A DNA stretch of 64,000 nucleotides from Chiloscyllium plagiosum (lineage: Eukaryota): the NCBI RefSeq assembly GCF_004010195.1, contig NC_057718.1, positions 101,072,219 through 101,136,218 on the forward strand, given 5' to 3'. Below the pieces are notes generated by a model that was not told the DNA's origin, searched no databases, and saw only the letters and a program-made list of their open reading frames with translations. The first letter of the stretch is position 1; every line of letters begins with the position of its first letter. Below, piece by piece: positions 1 through 12,579 of the stretch. Both the position numbers and the translations under genes were made by a program.

Positions 1-1019
1 TTTTGTCATTTACATAAATGATTTGGATGCGAGCATAAGAGGTACAGTTAGTAAGTTTGCAGATGACACCAAAATTGGAGGTGTAGTGGACAGCGAAGAG
101 GGTTACCTCAGATTACAACAGGATCTGGACCAGATGGGCCAATGGGCTGAGAAGTGGCAGATGGAGTTTAATACAGATAAATGCAAGATGCTGCATTTTG
201 GGAAACCAAATCTTAGCAGGACTAATACACTTAATGGTAAGGTCCTAGGGAGTGTTGCTGAACAAAGAGACCTTGGAATGCAGGTTCATAGCTCCTTGAA
301 AGTGGAGTCGCAGGTAGATAGGATAGTGAAGAAGGCGTTTGGTATGCTTTCCTTTATTGGTCAGAGTATTGAGTACAGGAGTTGGGGAGGTCATATTGAG
401 GCTGTGCAGGACATTGGTCAGACCACTGTTAGAATATTGCGTGCAATTCTGGTCTCCTTCCTATCGGAAAGATGTTGTGAAATTTGAAAGGGTTCTGAAA
501 AGATTTACAAGGATGTTGCCAGGGTTGGAGGATTAGAGCTACAGGGAGAGGCTGAACACGCTGGGGCTGTTTTCCATGGAGCGTTGGAGGCTAAGGCTGG
601 GGCTGTTTTCCATGGAGCGTTGGAGGCTAAGGGGTGACATTAAGAGGTTTACAAAATCATGAGGGGCATGGATAGGATAAATAGACAAAGTCTTTTCCCT
701 GGAGTTAGGGAGTCCAGAACTAGAGGGCATAGGTTTAGGGTGAGAGGGGAAAGATATAAAAGAGACCTAAGGGGCAACTTTTTCACACAGAGGGTGGTAC
801 GTGTATGGAATGAGCTGCCAGAAGATGTGGTGGAGGCTGGTACAATTGCAACATTTAAGAGGCATTTGGATGGGTATGTGAATAGGTAGGGTTGGAGGGA
901 TATGGGCCAGGTGCTGGCAGGTGGGGCGAGATTGGGTTGGGATATCTGGTTGGCATGGACGGGTTGGACCGAAGGGTCTGTTTCCGTGCTGCACATCTCT
1001 ATGACTCTATGATTCTATG
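1..1019 (+). mobile_element. CR1 LINE 3' portion (RT C-terminal half plus 3' UTR), young but disrupted
   Basis: Translates to SKFADDTKIGG...LQQDLD...WQMEFN, then LVRPLLEYCVQFWSP and RGHRFRVRGERYKRDLRGNFFTQRVVRVWNELP. Frameshift near 385, stop at 534-536, (CTCTATGA)n-type tail at about 997-1019. Confidence 0.95.
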
Positions 1020-2121
1020 TTGTTCGCCAGGGTCTTAAATGTGCTGTCGCCCTTGCACCATTGTTATCAACTGGTGCTTGTGGTATCTTGCTAGGCAAAA
1101 AACACTTTGATTCAACAGGTGTTGGAAAGTGTCTCAACTGGGCCTGTTGTTGCTACCTTGCTCCAGCAGCGTTTGCAACATGGTCTTGTTAATGCTAAAA
1201 TATTACCCTGTAGTGCAAACTAGACAAACAACCACTTCATAGCAAGGCACTTTATTATTGTCTGTTTATAATCTACTTATAGACCATATACCTCCATAAA
1301 ACAATCAGAGTTTTATCGAGATAAGCATACAATAAACGGAGATATGATCAGAGATAAGTCAAGTGAGGTGTACTCACAATATTCTGCTCTGTAATAAAGA
1401 ATAAAGATACTTACCTCTATAAATAAGCTGGATTTGTTTTGTGCTACATTGCTAAGGAAAGAGAATGGTCACTAATGCTTATATAAATAATTTGTGTCCT
1501 TGTTCAGTTTTAGTGATACAATGCGAATGGTTATGACCTCTTGTTTTGCTATCATCGTCATGGTGGTGCTCATTATGACCATATATTTGAGCTCCTTCAA
1601 TATTATTGAAATGCGCCAACAGCAGCCTGCATTTATGCAGCACCTTCAACAAAGTGAAACGATTCAAGGCAATGAGGAGTGTTGATATGGAACGATAGCA
1701 TCTTTTTAAAGCAATGATTGCACAACGGCTTCCTTTCAATATTATTATTGCAGAACAAAACAGGTTTGCAGATCAGAAATAAAGAGTATTGGGTGAGGTG
1801 TTGGGTAGCGGTAGTGCAAAGGTTGTGCTTTTTAACGGAACGGTAGATTTGATGGGAGAATCGCTGAGAAAGTCTTTGTAATGTAATTGCTGTTTCATGT
1901 AGGTGGATAGAGGAGAATACTGTTTGCAATTTCCTTACAGTTTTTTTGATCTGTCTAATCTAGACTGACATGTGGAAGCACACAAAATATGCCATCCATT
2001 TTCAGCAGTTTCAGAGTGGATGACTCATATCCTCCAAGCTAGTTGCGCATTATATCTGTAAATGTTTTGTTTTTTAAAATCTTGTAATGATTGTTTCCTT
2101 GGTCATTCTTGGTTTGCAAGT

Positions 2122-2650
2122 AGGAGGCAGAGGAGGTGGTGGAGGGTTGTTTTTCAGACCGGAGGCCTGTGACCAGTGGTGTGCCTCAAGGATTGGTGCT
2201 GGGTCCACTACTTTTTTGTCATTTATATAAATGGCTTGGATGTGGATAGAAAGGATGTTGAGCTAAAGGGAGAGGCTGAATAGGCTGGGGCTATTTTCCC
2301 TGCGGCATCATGAGGGGCATGGATAGGGTGGATAGCCAAGGTCTTTTCCCTGGGGTGGGGACGTCCAAAGCTAGAGGGCATAGGTTTAAAGTTAGAGGGA
2401 AAAGATTTAAAAGGGACCTGAGGGGCAATCTTTTCTTTCAGAGGGTGGTGAGTGTATGGAATGAGCTGCCAGAGGAAGTGGTGGAGGCTGGTTCAATTGC
2501 AACATTTAAAAGTTGTCTGGATGGGTATATGAATAGGAAGGTTTATAGGGATATGGGCCAAGTGCTGTCAAATGGGACTAGATTAATTTAGGGTATCTGG
2601 TTGGCATGGAGAGGTTGGACTGAAACAGTTGTTTCCCTGCTGTACATTGC
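2122..2650 (+). mobile_element. CR1 LINE fragment with internal deletion
   Basis: The SGVPQG-region DNA (gtgaccagtggtgtgcctcaagga) is joined directly to the 3' ORF2 region (RGHRFKVRGKRFKRDLRGN) and 3' UTR. Confidence 0.9.
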
Positions 2651-3479
2651 CAAGGCTCGATGTGGTTCATTTTCAGCAGTTCCAGAGTGAATGCCTCACA
2701 TCCTCAAAACTGGTCGTTTATTACATCTGTAAATGATTTGTCTAATTTTTTTTTAAAAACCTTGTAATGATTCTTTCTTGCCCAATCTTCTTCAAAGTTT
2801 TAAGCAGTGCTTTAAAAAGTAAAGTATTGTATCAGTGACATCCTGTTAATCATACTGTACAACGTGAAGTAACTTTGCATCTGTGTAAACTACATTGTAT
2901 GTTGGATTGGATTTTTTGTGGTCAGTAGCAAATATTTGGCACTCCTCATTGACCTCCATCCAGGAAAGCTACACCCAAACATCTAGCAATTGCTGTGGTG
3001 TTGATTTCGGTTGATTTCCTCTATTCCAGCCAACATTCTTTCAGATGTCAGAAAGGACAAACTGTTTACATTGAAGTATTCCCATAAAACCACTAAACAT
3101 CTTTTAGTTTTAATCTTCTGCTTTTCAGAGTGAAATAAATATAATGTACGCATGGGATTAAGTAGAAGATAAAATATCATACACAAGCTTACTTCTTTTT
3201 AATAAAGTGGATTTTAAAAAAATAATTATCATGAAATTTCACATTCAATGCATAGATGCTGCTCTTTCAGGGCCAGAGAGAGTGTTTAGAAGTAATTATA
3301 AAGCTTTATCATTTAAAAAAGATAGTTACACTTCACTTAACAAGTTTTAACGCTTTCATTTTTTTTACGTGAGACTACCAGTTTAAGAATGGAAGCTGAC
3401 ATCAGTTCATTGATATCTAATTGATAAAGAGAGCTCAATAGCACATCCTCTGTGAAAGCATTTTATCACTAATTTCTAG

Positions 3480-3681
3480 GAGATGCTGGAGCTCAGAGTC
3501 GAGAGTCTGGTGATGGAAAAGCACAAGCAGGTCAGGCAGCATCTGAGGAGCAGGAGAATCAACATTTCGGGCATAAGCCCTTCATCATGAACCTGGTTCC
3601 TGATGAAGGGCTTATGCCCGAAACATCAATTCTTCTGCTCCTTGGATGCTGCCTGACCTGCTGTGCTTTTCCAGCATTACA
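3480..3681. mobile_element. Penelope-like fold-back insertion (family A) with hammerhead motif
   Basis: Two inverted arms. CTGATGA-AGGGC-TTAT-GCCC-GAAAC-ATC at 3600-3627. Perfect 15-bp TSD ATCACTAATTTCTAG at 3465-3479 and 3682-3696. Confidence 0.85.
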
Positions 3682-4589
3682 ATCACTAATTTCTAGTAAC
3701 TTCTAATTTTCTACTTTAACTGCACATGTTCTGGAGTGCAAACGTCATTGACAGTTTGAGAGAAGCAGTGATGACAAATACTAAGGCTTGAACCAATATC
3801 TTTAAGTTGACAAACATCTGGCCTAAAAGGCTAGCTTGTTTTTTGTGGAGTGTTAGATTTCTCTATTACAATGAAAGTTGAACTCTTTAAAGCTTGTTTA
3901 CAACATTCAAGTTTCTACTTCAGTGTCACAATAATTTGTTTTGCACTCTGTAAAATGACAATTTTCACTTCCTTTTACATTTTAATAAGCTTGCTGTGAG
4001 GATCCTTCAGTGTGATTGGCTGTCCATCCTGCTTGACATTATTACTGTTATATCTTAGCTGGAGATCCCTTGACTTGACATATGATTCAAAATGTACTAA
4101 TGAAATCAGACCGTATGCTATGCTTCAGAGAATTATAGACTAACGCTGTACAGAATGTGACAGAAAGTAGTTCTGCAGGCTCTGTGATAGAATTATCCAA
4201 TTACTCTCATTCCCCTCCTCTTTATCCATAACCCTCCTCTTTTCCTCCAAGAATTTATCTCATTCCCTTTTGAAAATTATGGTAGAATTTGCTTTCACCA
4301 TCCACTGCAACCGTGGATTCCAGATCACAATAACTCACTAGGTTAAAAAAAACCCATTTGCCAATATCTTTTGCTTTGATTAAAGGTGACTGTGGTTAGA
4401 CATAAGGTTCACTTTTGTAAACAAAAGAATCTTTTATTCCAGTGTCTAGGCGTGATCCAATTTATATTATTACATTTTTTTTTCAAAAACATCACTCATG
4501 TTTGGCAATGATTCTGCTCTGCAAAAGCTGATCACTTCTCCATGTCTTTTGAGTGAAGCAGTGGAGTAGAATTTGCTGTCGTGAAGAAG

Positions 4590-4695
4590 GATTCTGAGGA
4601 AGGGTCACTAGACTCGGAGCATTAACTCTGCTTTTTCTCCACAGATGCTGCCAGACCTGCTGTGTTTTTCCAGCAATTTCTGTTTCTCTTGCTGT
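4590..4695 (+). mobile_element. Penelope-like 3' tail fragment (family B)
   Basis: ctgaggaagggtcactagactcg...gatgctgccagacctgctgtgtttttccagcaatttctg, the same tail as the GIY-YIG-linked copy at 52275-52775. Confidence 0.7.
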
Positions 4696-4697
4696 AG

Positions 4698-5150
4698 TTT
4701 GATTTGATTTGATTTATTATTGTCACATGCGCCTCGGTACAGTGAGAAGTTTTGTTTTGTGTGCAGTACAGGCAGACCACACTGTACAAAGTGCATTCGG
4801 GTAATAGAACAGAGCCAGGAATATAATGTTACAGCTGCAGAGAGGATGCACAGAGAGTGAGATCAACATTAAAGTTAAAATTTGACAGAACCATTCAGAA
4901 GTCTAATACCAGTGGGGAAGAAGCTTTTCTTGAATCTATTTGTACGTGTTTACAAACTTTTATATGTTCTGCCTGACAGGAGAAGGTGGAAGACAGTATA
5001 ACTGGGGTGGGAGGGGTCTATGAATAGGGGTCTTGCTTCCCTGAGGCAGTGGGAAGTATAGATGGATGGGCTGTGTTCATGACTCTCTGTAGTTTCTTGT
5101 GGTCTTGGAAAGAACAATTGCCAAACCACGCTATGATACATCCAGATGTT
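4698..5150 (-). mobile_element. Rex1/Babar-type LINE 3' end
   Basis: The minus strand encodes DPSHPSYTVFHLLLSGRTYKSL (Rex1/Babar C-terminal DPSHP...LLPSGRRYRS motif) and ends in catgtgacaataataaatcaaatc. Confidence 0.75.
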
Positions 5151-5523
5151 GCAGTGATGTTGGTGAATTTGCCTTTCCATTGGGTCAGTTTTCAAGCACA
5201 GGAGGTGGGGGTTATTGTTATCCTGTTGGCTCAGATTTGGTTGTTTTTTTCTTTTTTCAATCCAGGGATTTTGGCCTGTTGCGAATCCCACTGGTTTTAA
5301 TCGCTTAGTGATTAGCAACTGTGCCGTCAGTTACCTGGGGATTACGTCTCCTGAAACCTGCCGTTCTCTCTCTCTTGTCTGCTGGTAGACATTCCATAAA
5401 ACCTATTTGCCAAGCTCTCGGTCCCAATTTCCTTATGTGACCCAGTGATCTGATTTAGTGTGACGTTGCTCCTATGAAACACCTTGGGGGTTTCTCAGTA
5501 CGGTATAGGCACTACAGATATGC

Positions 5524-5750
5524 AGGCGAAAGTGAGAACTGCAGATGCTGGAGATCAGAGTCTAGATTAGAGTGGTGCTGGAAAAGCACAGCAGGTCAGG
5601 CAGCATCCGAGGAGCAGGAAAATCGACGTTTTGGGCAGGAGTCCTTCATCAGGAATGAGGTCAAAAGGCTCCTGCCCAAAACGTTGATTCTCCTGCTCCT
5701 CGGATGCTGTCTGACCTGCTGCGCTTTTCCAGCACCACTCTAACCTAGAC
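5524..5750. mobile_element. Penelope-like fold-back insertion (family A)
   Basis: Inverted arms agtctagattagagtggtgctggaaaagc... and ...gcttttccagcaccactctaacctagact. Degenerate hammerhead on the minus arm. Confidence 0.85.
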
Positions 5751-5860
5751 TGCAAGAATGCAAGTTGGTGTTGTTGCTATTACCTGTGGCAGTGTGAATG
5801 TCTGAAGCAAGCAATACTGTGCTTTAGTTTCTGATGGCCTCCATTATGCTTTGCTTTCAG

Positions 5861-5977
5861 TCGATGGCTGCATTCACAGAGCCGCGGGACCGAAATTGTT
5901 GTTAGCCTGTCGCCAACTAAACGGGTGCAACACCGGAGATGCCAAGATTACACCAGGCTACGATCTTCCTGCAAAGC
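5861..5977 (+). CDS. MACROD2: Internal coding exon of a macrodomain ADP-ribose glycohydrolase (MACROD2-like)
   Basis: Acceptor ttgctttcAG (5859-5860), donor GTAAGT (5978-5983), 117 bp, phase 1/1. Encodes (V)[38 protein letters not shown], matching the segment after the GGGG loop of MACROD proteins. The LNGC and GYDLPAK motifs favour MACROD2 over MACROD1 as I recall them. The paralog assignment is less certain than the exon. Confidence 0.9.
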
Positions 5978-7365
5978 GTAAGTGCTCTCATTTTATCTCA
6001 GATAGCCTGTTGAGCATGTCTATGTTCCAGTGTACTGTTTAACCACATCAGCTGCAAAGTTTCTGGCATGAAGCTGGTGCCCTCTTGGCTATTCCCAAAG
6101 AGGTTATTGTTGATGCATCTCCCTGTGTGTGGAGGACTAGAGAATTATCCTGAGGGAACCCCATTGCACTTCAGCGACTCTGAAAGTCTCAGCTTTCAGT
6201 CAAAGTTGCAGTTCCTGCAGCTGAAGGAAAGGAAGTAACTGCGGTGACAATTGTTTCGATGCTGATCTCCTTCCGAGCAATTAATTCTGGTTTTATCAGA
6301 AGTTGCTTTAAATGTGAAGGATTTTGTACAAAAGATCAATGGGTTTTGCTCTTGTTCTGTTGAAATCAAATGCTTGATCTTCCATGTTGCCTTGTGACAA
6401 TCAGAGCCTGTTACATCTACCAATGGCTTAATGCGGTAATTAGCAGCAATGCGTGGTCGTTGTAAAGCAAGCTCTCAAAGGTGAAAGTAACTTCAGGTTA
6501 AATGTTTGACCTGGAGCATATGGCAAGTATCTAATTACATTTCAAAAAGATCTTACAATTTTTGTAATGATTTCACTTTGTAAAAGCTGATTACTAACTC
6601 CATTCTTTGAGGGAAATTGCAGAGTCTGCTGTATGTGATACTGGTGAAAGTATTGAATCTGTTCTAGAACTCAGCGTTATTGGAAGTCTGTTGCTGCAAA
6701 CCTGCTCGTTCTCAGCTTCTCTTGGAGTTGGCTTCTTTGAACATAATGCAAATGATTGAATGGAGGAAGCAGCAATCTTAGACCTTGGACCATCTTATAG
6801 AAACTGGCTTGGACAATATTGAGGATGGCCTCTGCTTCTGGAGACATATATCGGAAGATAAGAAGCTCAGAGACCTTTAACTCTCATGAAATTATCTAGT
6901 AGCTGGCTGCCAGTCTGAGATCTTTTTTATATTTTGTAATATCGGTGGTTGGTGCTGGGCGAGAGTTTGAGCTGATGATCTTGTGTAGAATTTGGTCAGC
7001 CATGTTGTTTGAAAAACAAATGTTGGTGTTGTGTTGTCACAACTTGCTACTTTGCCACTTCTCAGGCCACTTTTTTTTCTGTCACTGTGTGAGGATGAAA
7101 GAATCAGGGCTGTCATGAACTGTAAATGTGAGCAATGAGTTGCTATGATATTCGCTCTAAATAGCATGGGACGGGCTGTGGTCACCTGCTCGTGCTTTCT
7201 CTCAACATTCCCCCCCCTCTTGGTGCAAACAAACTCGATTAAATTGGGATGCAACATACTTGGAAGAGGTTTCTTAGACTTGGATGAAATGCTTCCTCCA
7301 AGCTTCAAAGGGTCTGAGCTGCTGTTCAGAAACAGATGCATTGATTGCCAATTGCGCAAGTTGGA

Positions 7366-7462
7366 GATAAAACAAAAATTGCAGATGCTGGAATCCAAAA
7401 TAGACAGGCAGGAGGCTGGAACAACACAGCAGGCCAGGCAGAATTAGAAGGTGGAGAAGTTG
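7366..7462 (-). mobile_element. Penelope-like 3' tail fragment (family D)
   Basis: gcagatgctggaatccaaaatagacaggcaggaggctggaacaacacagcaggccaggca matches the terminus of the element at 32810-33320. Confidence 0.65.
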
Positions 7463-8536
7463 CTATCGCACTTGGATCTAGAAGATCTGTACAGTGGCAG
7501 GGAAGACTAGAGGGAATGTAGCATGGAAGTTGAATATATCATTCATAGCCCTACCACCTCCCTAGCGATGCTGTTCATGTATGCATCAGAGAATCAGTAA
7601 TAATTTTGAAATGATGTTCTCCTCCAGCCCCACAAGAGATCACAGCACACATCTGATTCTGGTCTCTTGAGCATCCTTGATTTCGGTTACTCTCACCATT
7701 GGCAGCCATTGCCTGGGCCCTAAGCTCTGTACCTCCCTGGCTAAGCCTCTCTGCTTCTTTACATTTTTTTCCTATCTAAGACACTCTGTAAAACTTACAG
7801 CAAAACGTGAACAATCTTTGTGTCATGTACCTTAATCCCAGCTCTGGTGGATCGGTTCCAAATTTTTATTGAAGACATTTTTTGCAAATTGCCGTGGGAG
7901 GGATTTACAATGTAATCGGTGCTAGACAATTGCAATTTTTTCAGATTGCGATGAAATTGATTTTTGTTATTAGAGTATCTAATGAGAGTTAACAGTCTAC
8001 TTAAATAAATTACAATGATATCTAAGTCAGAATTTGACCGATGCAGGACATTTCTTCAGAGATCACCAAAACTAAGGCCGCAGAAAATCCTCAGGCTTTC
8101 TGACTCACTCCCACCCTGACTTGAACATCAGCCCTTTGGATGTAGGTTGGCTTGTGTTCCTGCCCTAAAGGAAGCCTTGTGCCTGGTAGAGCAGCCTCCA
8201 GTCCATTTACAAAGGTGTTGGTCTTGATGGGAATTGGGAAATGGAATTTGGATGTTGCTGCTTTCCTGAGAGAGCAAATTCAGTGGAATCCAGTTATGTA
8301 CCAACCATGGGAAATGCCCTAGTTATCCTTGATGGGACCCATGAATTTTAAATTTTCAAGCACTTTGCTGAGGTGAAATTGCGAAGGAGAATTTCCCTTC
8401 GGGCTCTGGATGGTTAGGACAGAGTCTCTCACCAATCCTCCTCCCTAGGTATTTTCAATAAATGTTCAGATATTCAAACATTCTAAGATACCTCTAGATT
8501 AGGTGGAATCTGAATCCGGCTCTTCTGACCCAGAGG

Positions 8537-9052
8537 TACTGTGCCCAGTTCTGGTCGCCCTGTAATAGGAAGGATATTATTAAACTGGACAGGGTTCAGA
8601 AGAGACTTACCAGGATGTTGTTGGGTATGAGAGGTTTGAGTTGTCAAGAAAGGAAGGATAGGCTGGGACTTCTTTCACTGGAGGTTGAGAGGAGATCTTA
8701 AAGAAGTTTATAAAATCCTGAGGGGTATGGATAGGGTTAATGATAGGTGTCTTTTCTCTCGGATGGGGGATTTCAAGACTGGGGACATATTTTTAAGGTG
8801 AGAGGAGAAAGATTTAAAAAAGACATGAGGGAAAATTCTTTACACAGAGAGTGATTCGTGTATGGAATGAACCTCTTGAGGAGGTGATGGGTGTGGGCAC
8901 AATTGCAAAATTAAAATACATTTGGCTAAGTATATAAATAGGAAAGATTTGGAGTGATATGGGACAGGAACAGGCAGGTGGGACTAGTTTAGTTTAGGAC
9001 AATGTTCGACATGGACTGGTTGGACCAAAGGGTCTGACTCCAACTCTATGAC
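8537..9052 (+). mobile_element. CR1 LINE 3' fragment (second subfamily)
   Basis: tactgtgcccagttctggtcgccc...gtatggaatgaac...ggaccaaagggtctg...ctctatga. Confidence 0.85.
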
Positions 9053-10964
9053 ACTACCAGTGTACACAAGTTTAAGAGCCTGTCTAATTATAAAAAGGTA
9101 GACATTAGACTGCGGGTGATTCTTAACAAGAGGCACTTGTCTTATGTAACAAGAGATTATTGCAAGACAGCAGCAGCCTCAAGTTACATTTGCTAGTTTG
9201 CCATGATTACTTTAGGTTATCAGGAGGTAGGGATGTCACTTCTGACCCCATTGGGATTTCACGCAAAATTGTTGCATTCTCGCCCAAAGATTGCAAGATA
9301 TCGCCAGATCAGATGGGACATAATTTAACTTCAGTATCGACTCTTTGAGAGCTGTTACCTTATGCAATAGGGAAATCCAACATCCTCCTCTGAGCTGACA
9401 CTGTTTTTAATGGCTTGTTAAATACCCTGGATGTAACTATGTTACAGTAGGCATCCATCATTAATTTGATTTTGATTTTATTCTCATGTGAACTCAAGTT
9501 CAAAAGTGCAGGAGTACAATGCAAACTGCATAATGTCACCATACAAGATGCTGCCTTGGATACAGGTACAGAATCTTAAGGACAAGGTAAAAAGAAAGAT
9601 CAAAGTTAAACACTTGCAGTAATTATAGTAAGGCATAGGAAATAAAGTTTAAAGTTACACATTGCAGACCTTCTTAGTTTTAAATGGAAAATGAAGAAAT
9701 AAATCTGAAAGAGCCACATGAAACAGTGGATCCTGTAGTGTATTGAAAATAGCATTGTGTATTTTATCCAGACGAGGCTGCAAAATTGACACACATCCCA
9801 GCAGGTGAAGTCTGTGGGCTGAGATAATGAAAGGTCTGTGTCAAACAGCTCGTGTCATTCTTATTCTCACTCTCGCTGGGCTGAGCATGCAATTGCTTCT
9901 TTCCCAAGAACTTCACAGATCCCTGAATGTTGAAGCTGGATGTCCTGGCTGTTGTATTTTGACATGTGCAGATTTCTGAGGGGACTACGGTCCACAGGTT
10001 CTGGCACAGCACGGTGTCTTATCTAAACATTTTTTTGAATGCAGTGATGCTCGTCTGACACTTCATATTTCACAAGTGAGTTGGAATTCATCTCGATGAT
10101 CAGGTTAGCTCCTCTGTGTCAGCAGTAGGTTTTTCTTCATTTGCACTTCCCAAAGATAGGAAGGGCCCGACAGTAATGTATCTTCGTTCCTGAAGTGATT
10201 TACCTGTATTGTGCAAAGAGATAAATGCAGCACAACATGAAAGATCTTGTCACTGTGAAAGGAAAGGGATAGATTTACTGACGCCTCCTGCTTGTGTGGT
10301 CTTCCTGCTTCACCTTGCTGAAAAGCAGCTCCAATCACATTCACCGTCAAACACAGCAAAAGTCATCTGCTACTTTCAACGCTTTTGACATTAACATGAG
10401 CCCCACCACCGTCAGACACTGTGACCCGATGTTCTGTTGTTGAAGCCTGTAGTTTTATTTCCACTGACAGGAATGCTGTGAATACCCCAAGCTGGGCAGC
10501 CTGAGTTGGACCTTAAGACTCTTCCTCGTTCCTGGGGATGGATGTTAAGATCTGGGATCTTTGCTCTGTCAGTCCGACCGTCTTTTTTTCCAAAAGAAGG
10601 GGAGGCCATTCACTCCATCGTGACTGTACTTGTATTTAGACTGAGCAGTTGTGTTTACCCTGAGGCACGCCTCCCCTCCCACATACACCCCCATCCATCC
10701 TACAATCCTTTGGTCAATATTGTCTATGTTGAGGTTATTCACTCTAGCGGCTGGCTAAACTCCTTTTTTAAGTTAATTATGGAATTCTGCCACCTTCTCA
10801 GCTCGACTGCTCCAAGCCCTGAAAATTCTGAGGGGGGTGGGCTGGTGGTGGGGTGAGTGGAAATTTCTCATCTCTCCTCCAGGTTTGTTGTCGATGATTT
10901 TTAATCTGCGTCTTCTTGTTGTTGATTTTTGTGCACAGGAAAGAAACAAAGTTGACCCTCTCCA

Positions 10965-11620
10965 TGTAGTACTGAGGGAGTGCTACACTGTTGCTGGTAC
11001 CTAGATTTCAGAGTAGACATTAAAACTGTCTTCCCCCTCAGGCGAATTTGAAATATTCCAGGGAATTACGTTATGGAAGAACAGCAGAGAAGTTGCCGTC
11101 AGTTCCTTGGGTGGTGTTTATTCCTCAATAAACGTCATAAATGATCTAGATATTAGCACGGTGGCTCAGTGGTTAGCACTGCTGCCTCAGAGCGCCAGGG
11201 ATCCAGGTTCAATTCCAGCCTCGGGTGACTGTCTGTGTGGAGTTTGCACATTCTCCCCGTATCTGTGTGGGTTTCTCTGGGTGCTCCGGTTTCCTCCCAC
11301 AATCCAAAGATGCGCAGTTCAGGTGAATTGGCCATGCTAAATTGCCCACAGTGTTCAGGGATGTGTAGGTTAGGTGAATTAGTCAGAGGTAACTGGTCTG
11401 GGTGGGTTACTTTGCGGAGGGTCAGTGTGGACTTGTTGGGCTAAATGGTCTGTTTCCACACTGTAGAGATTCTATAATAGTTCTCAGTGCTGTTTGTGAA
11501 AGCTTGTTGTTGCACATTTCCTGCATTACAGCTGTGAATACATTTCAAAATTACTTGCACCAAATTTTACTTCAGGTGCTTTAGAACCTGTGACAGTCAT
11601 GATGGGTGGTGTCGGAATGC
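10965..11620 (+). mobile_element. Old Deu-domain SINE remnant (SacSINE1/AmnSINE1-like), interrupted by an HE1 SINE
   Basis: gtagtactgagggagtgctacactgtt...gaagaacagcagagaagttg...tttattcctcaa resembles the Deu domain. The element resumes after 11480. Confidence 0.55.
11156..11476 (+). mobile_element. HE1-type V-SINE (tRNA-derived)
   Basis: A box tggctcagtgg, B box ggttcaattcc, V-domain ctgtgtggagtttgcacattctccccgt, CR1-like tail. Confidence 0.9.
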
Positions 11621-12579
11621 AAGACTATGTTCATTTTTAGATCTCATGTGAGATTTCCATATGATCCCTCTCAGAAAAACAGCCATCGAGTTCATGGTAG
11701 TAGTGTCCTAGCCTCTGAGCCAGATGGCTTGGGTTCAGGTCCCACCTGCTGCAGACGTGTGTAATAACATCTCTGATTAGAAAATATCGAGTGCCTGGCT
11801 AACTTCTTTTTAAATGCCGGCTGTTTCCGCTCCCTAAATCCACCCAAGATTGAATGGATCCTATTATGTTTTCCTTAATGGATTTTTCTTTCTGTACTTT
11901 ACTCGATGCAATAAATCTTTTGTCTCCTGCTCAAATGACAGTTTATACAATCACTTCCTTCTGTTACAGCGATGTGTCAGGCTTCTGCAGCTCAACACTG
12001 TGGGGGTTGGGAAGAGTATGGACTTTTCTGAACCGTCCGCCTGAAACCTTACAGATATTGTTTTAAGTCGATTAACAACATGTACCAATCATGCAAAATA
12101 ATTCAGCGAATTGTGAAAAAATATACAAGTGCAATGAAGTGATGGGGAATTGCAATTATATTTCACTTGCCTGGTTATCTCCTTTAATTATATAATGTTT
12201 TAATCATCATGAGTGGAGGAGGTTGATGAGGATTTTTTTTGAATAAGTTGAAATGAGGCTGGTGTGTTTGTGCATATCAATCATAGCAGAGAAATGGGAT
12301 ATTTATTTATCTTTCTGCATTCCAACAGTGACTGCGTACTGCAGAAAGGTACTTGTCTGGCTGCATTTTGGGATGTCTGGCTGTTGTGAAAAGCAGTATA
12401 CAAATACAAATCTGTCTTTTTTTTAAAATCAGCTAATGTAGTGCCAGCAAAACAGTTTCCCTTATCAGCGGCAAGGATGATGTCTCTGTCCAGTTAGAAG
12501 TGGAATTGTTTTGGTAAAGTTAAATGGGAGCATTACCCCTGCACTGCCATGCCACCTGCCTCTAATTGTATTTTTTTTA

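Noticed and set aside
23..889. ORFs 23-487, 339-536 and 659-889 (and similar ones at 16158, 27915, 44446, 56720, 57095) as genes
   Set aside because: They are frameshifted CR1 ORF2 fragments.
2101..2150. ggaggcagaggaggtggtggag as the upstream LLGGGG micro-exon
   Set aside because: It is the start of the CR1 fragment, with no ANxSLL codons and no acceptor/donor pair.
6892..7447. Overlapping 168-aa and 100-aa ORFs
   Set aside because: No recognisable domain, and both run into a PLE tail; most likely chance ORFs.
11156..11222. tRNA genes at A-box/B-box motifs
   Set aside because: All are SINE heads continuous with SINE bodies.
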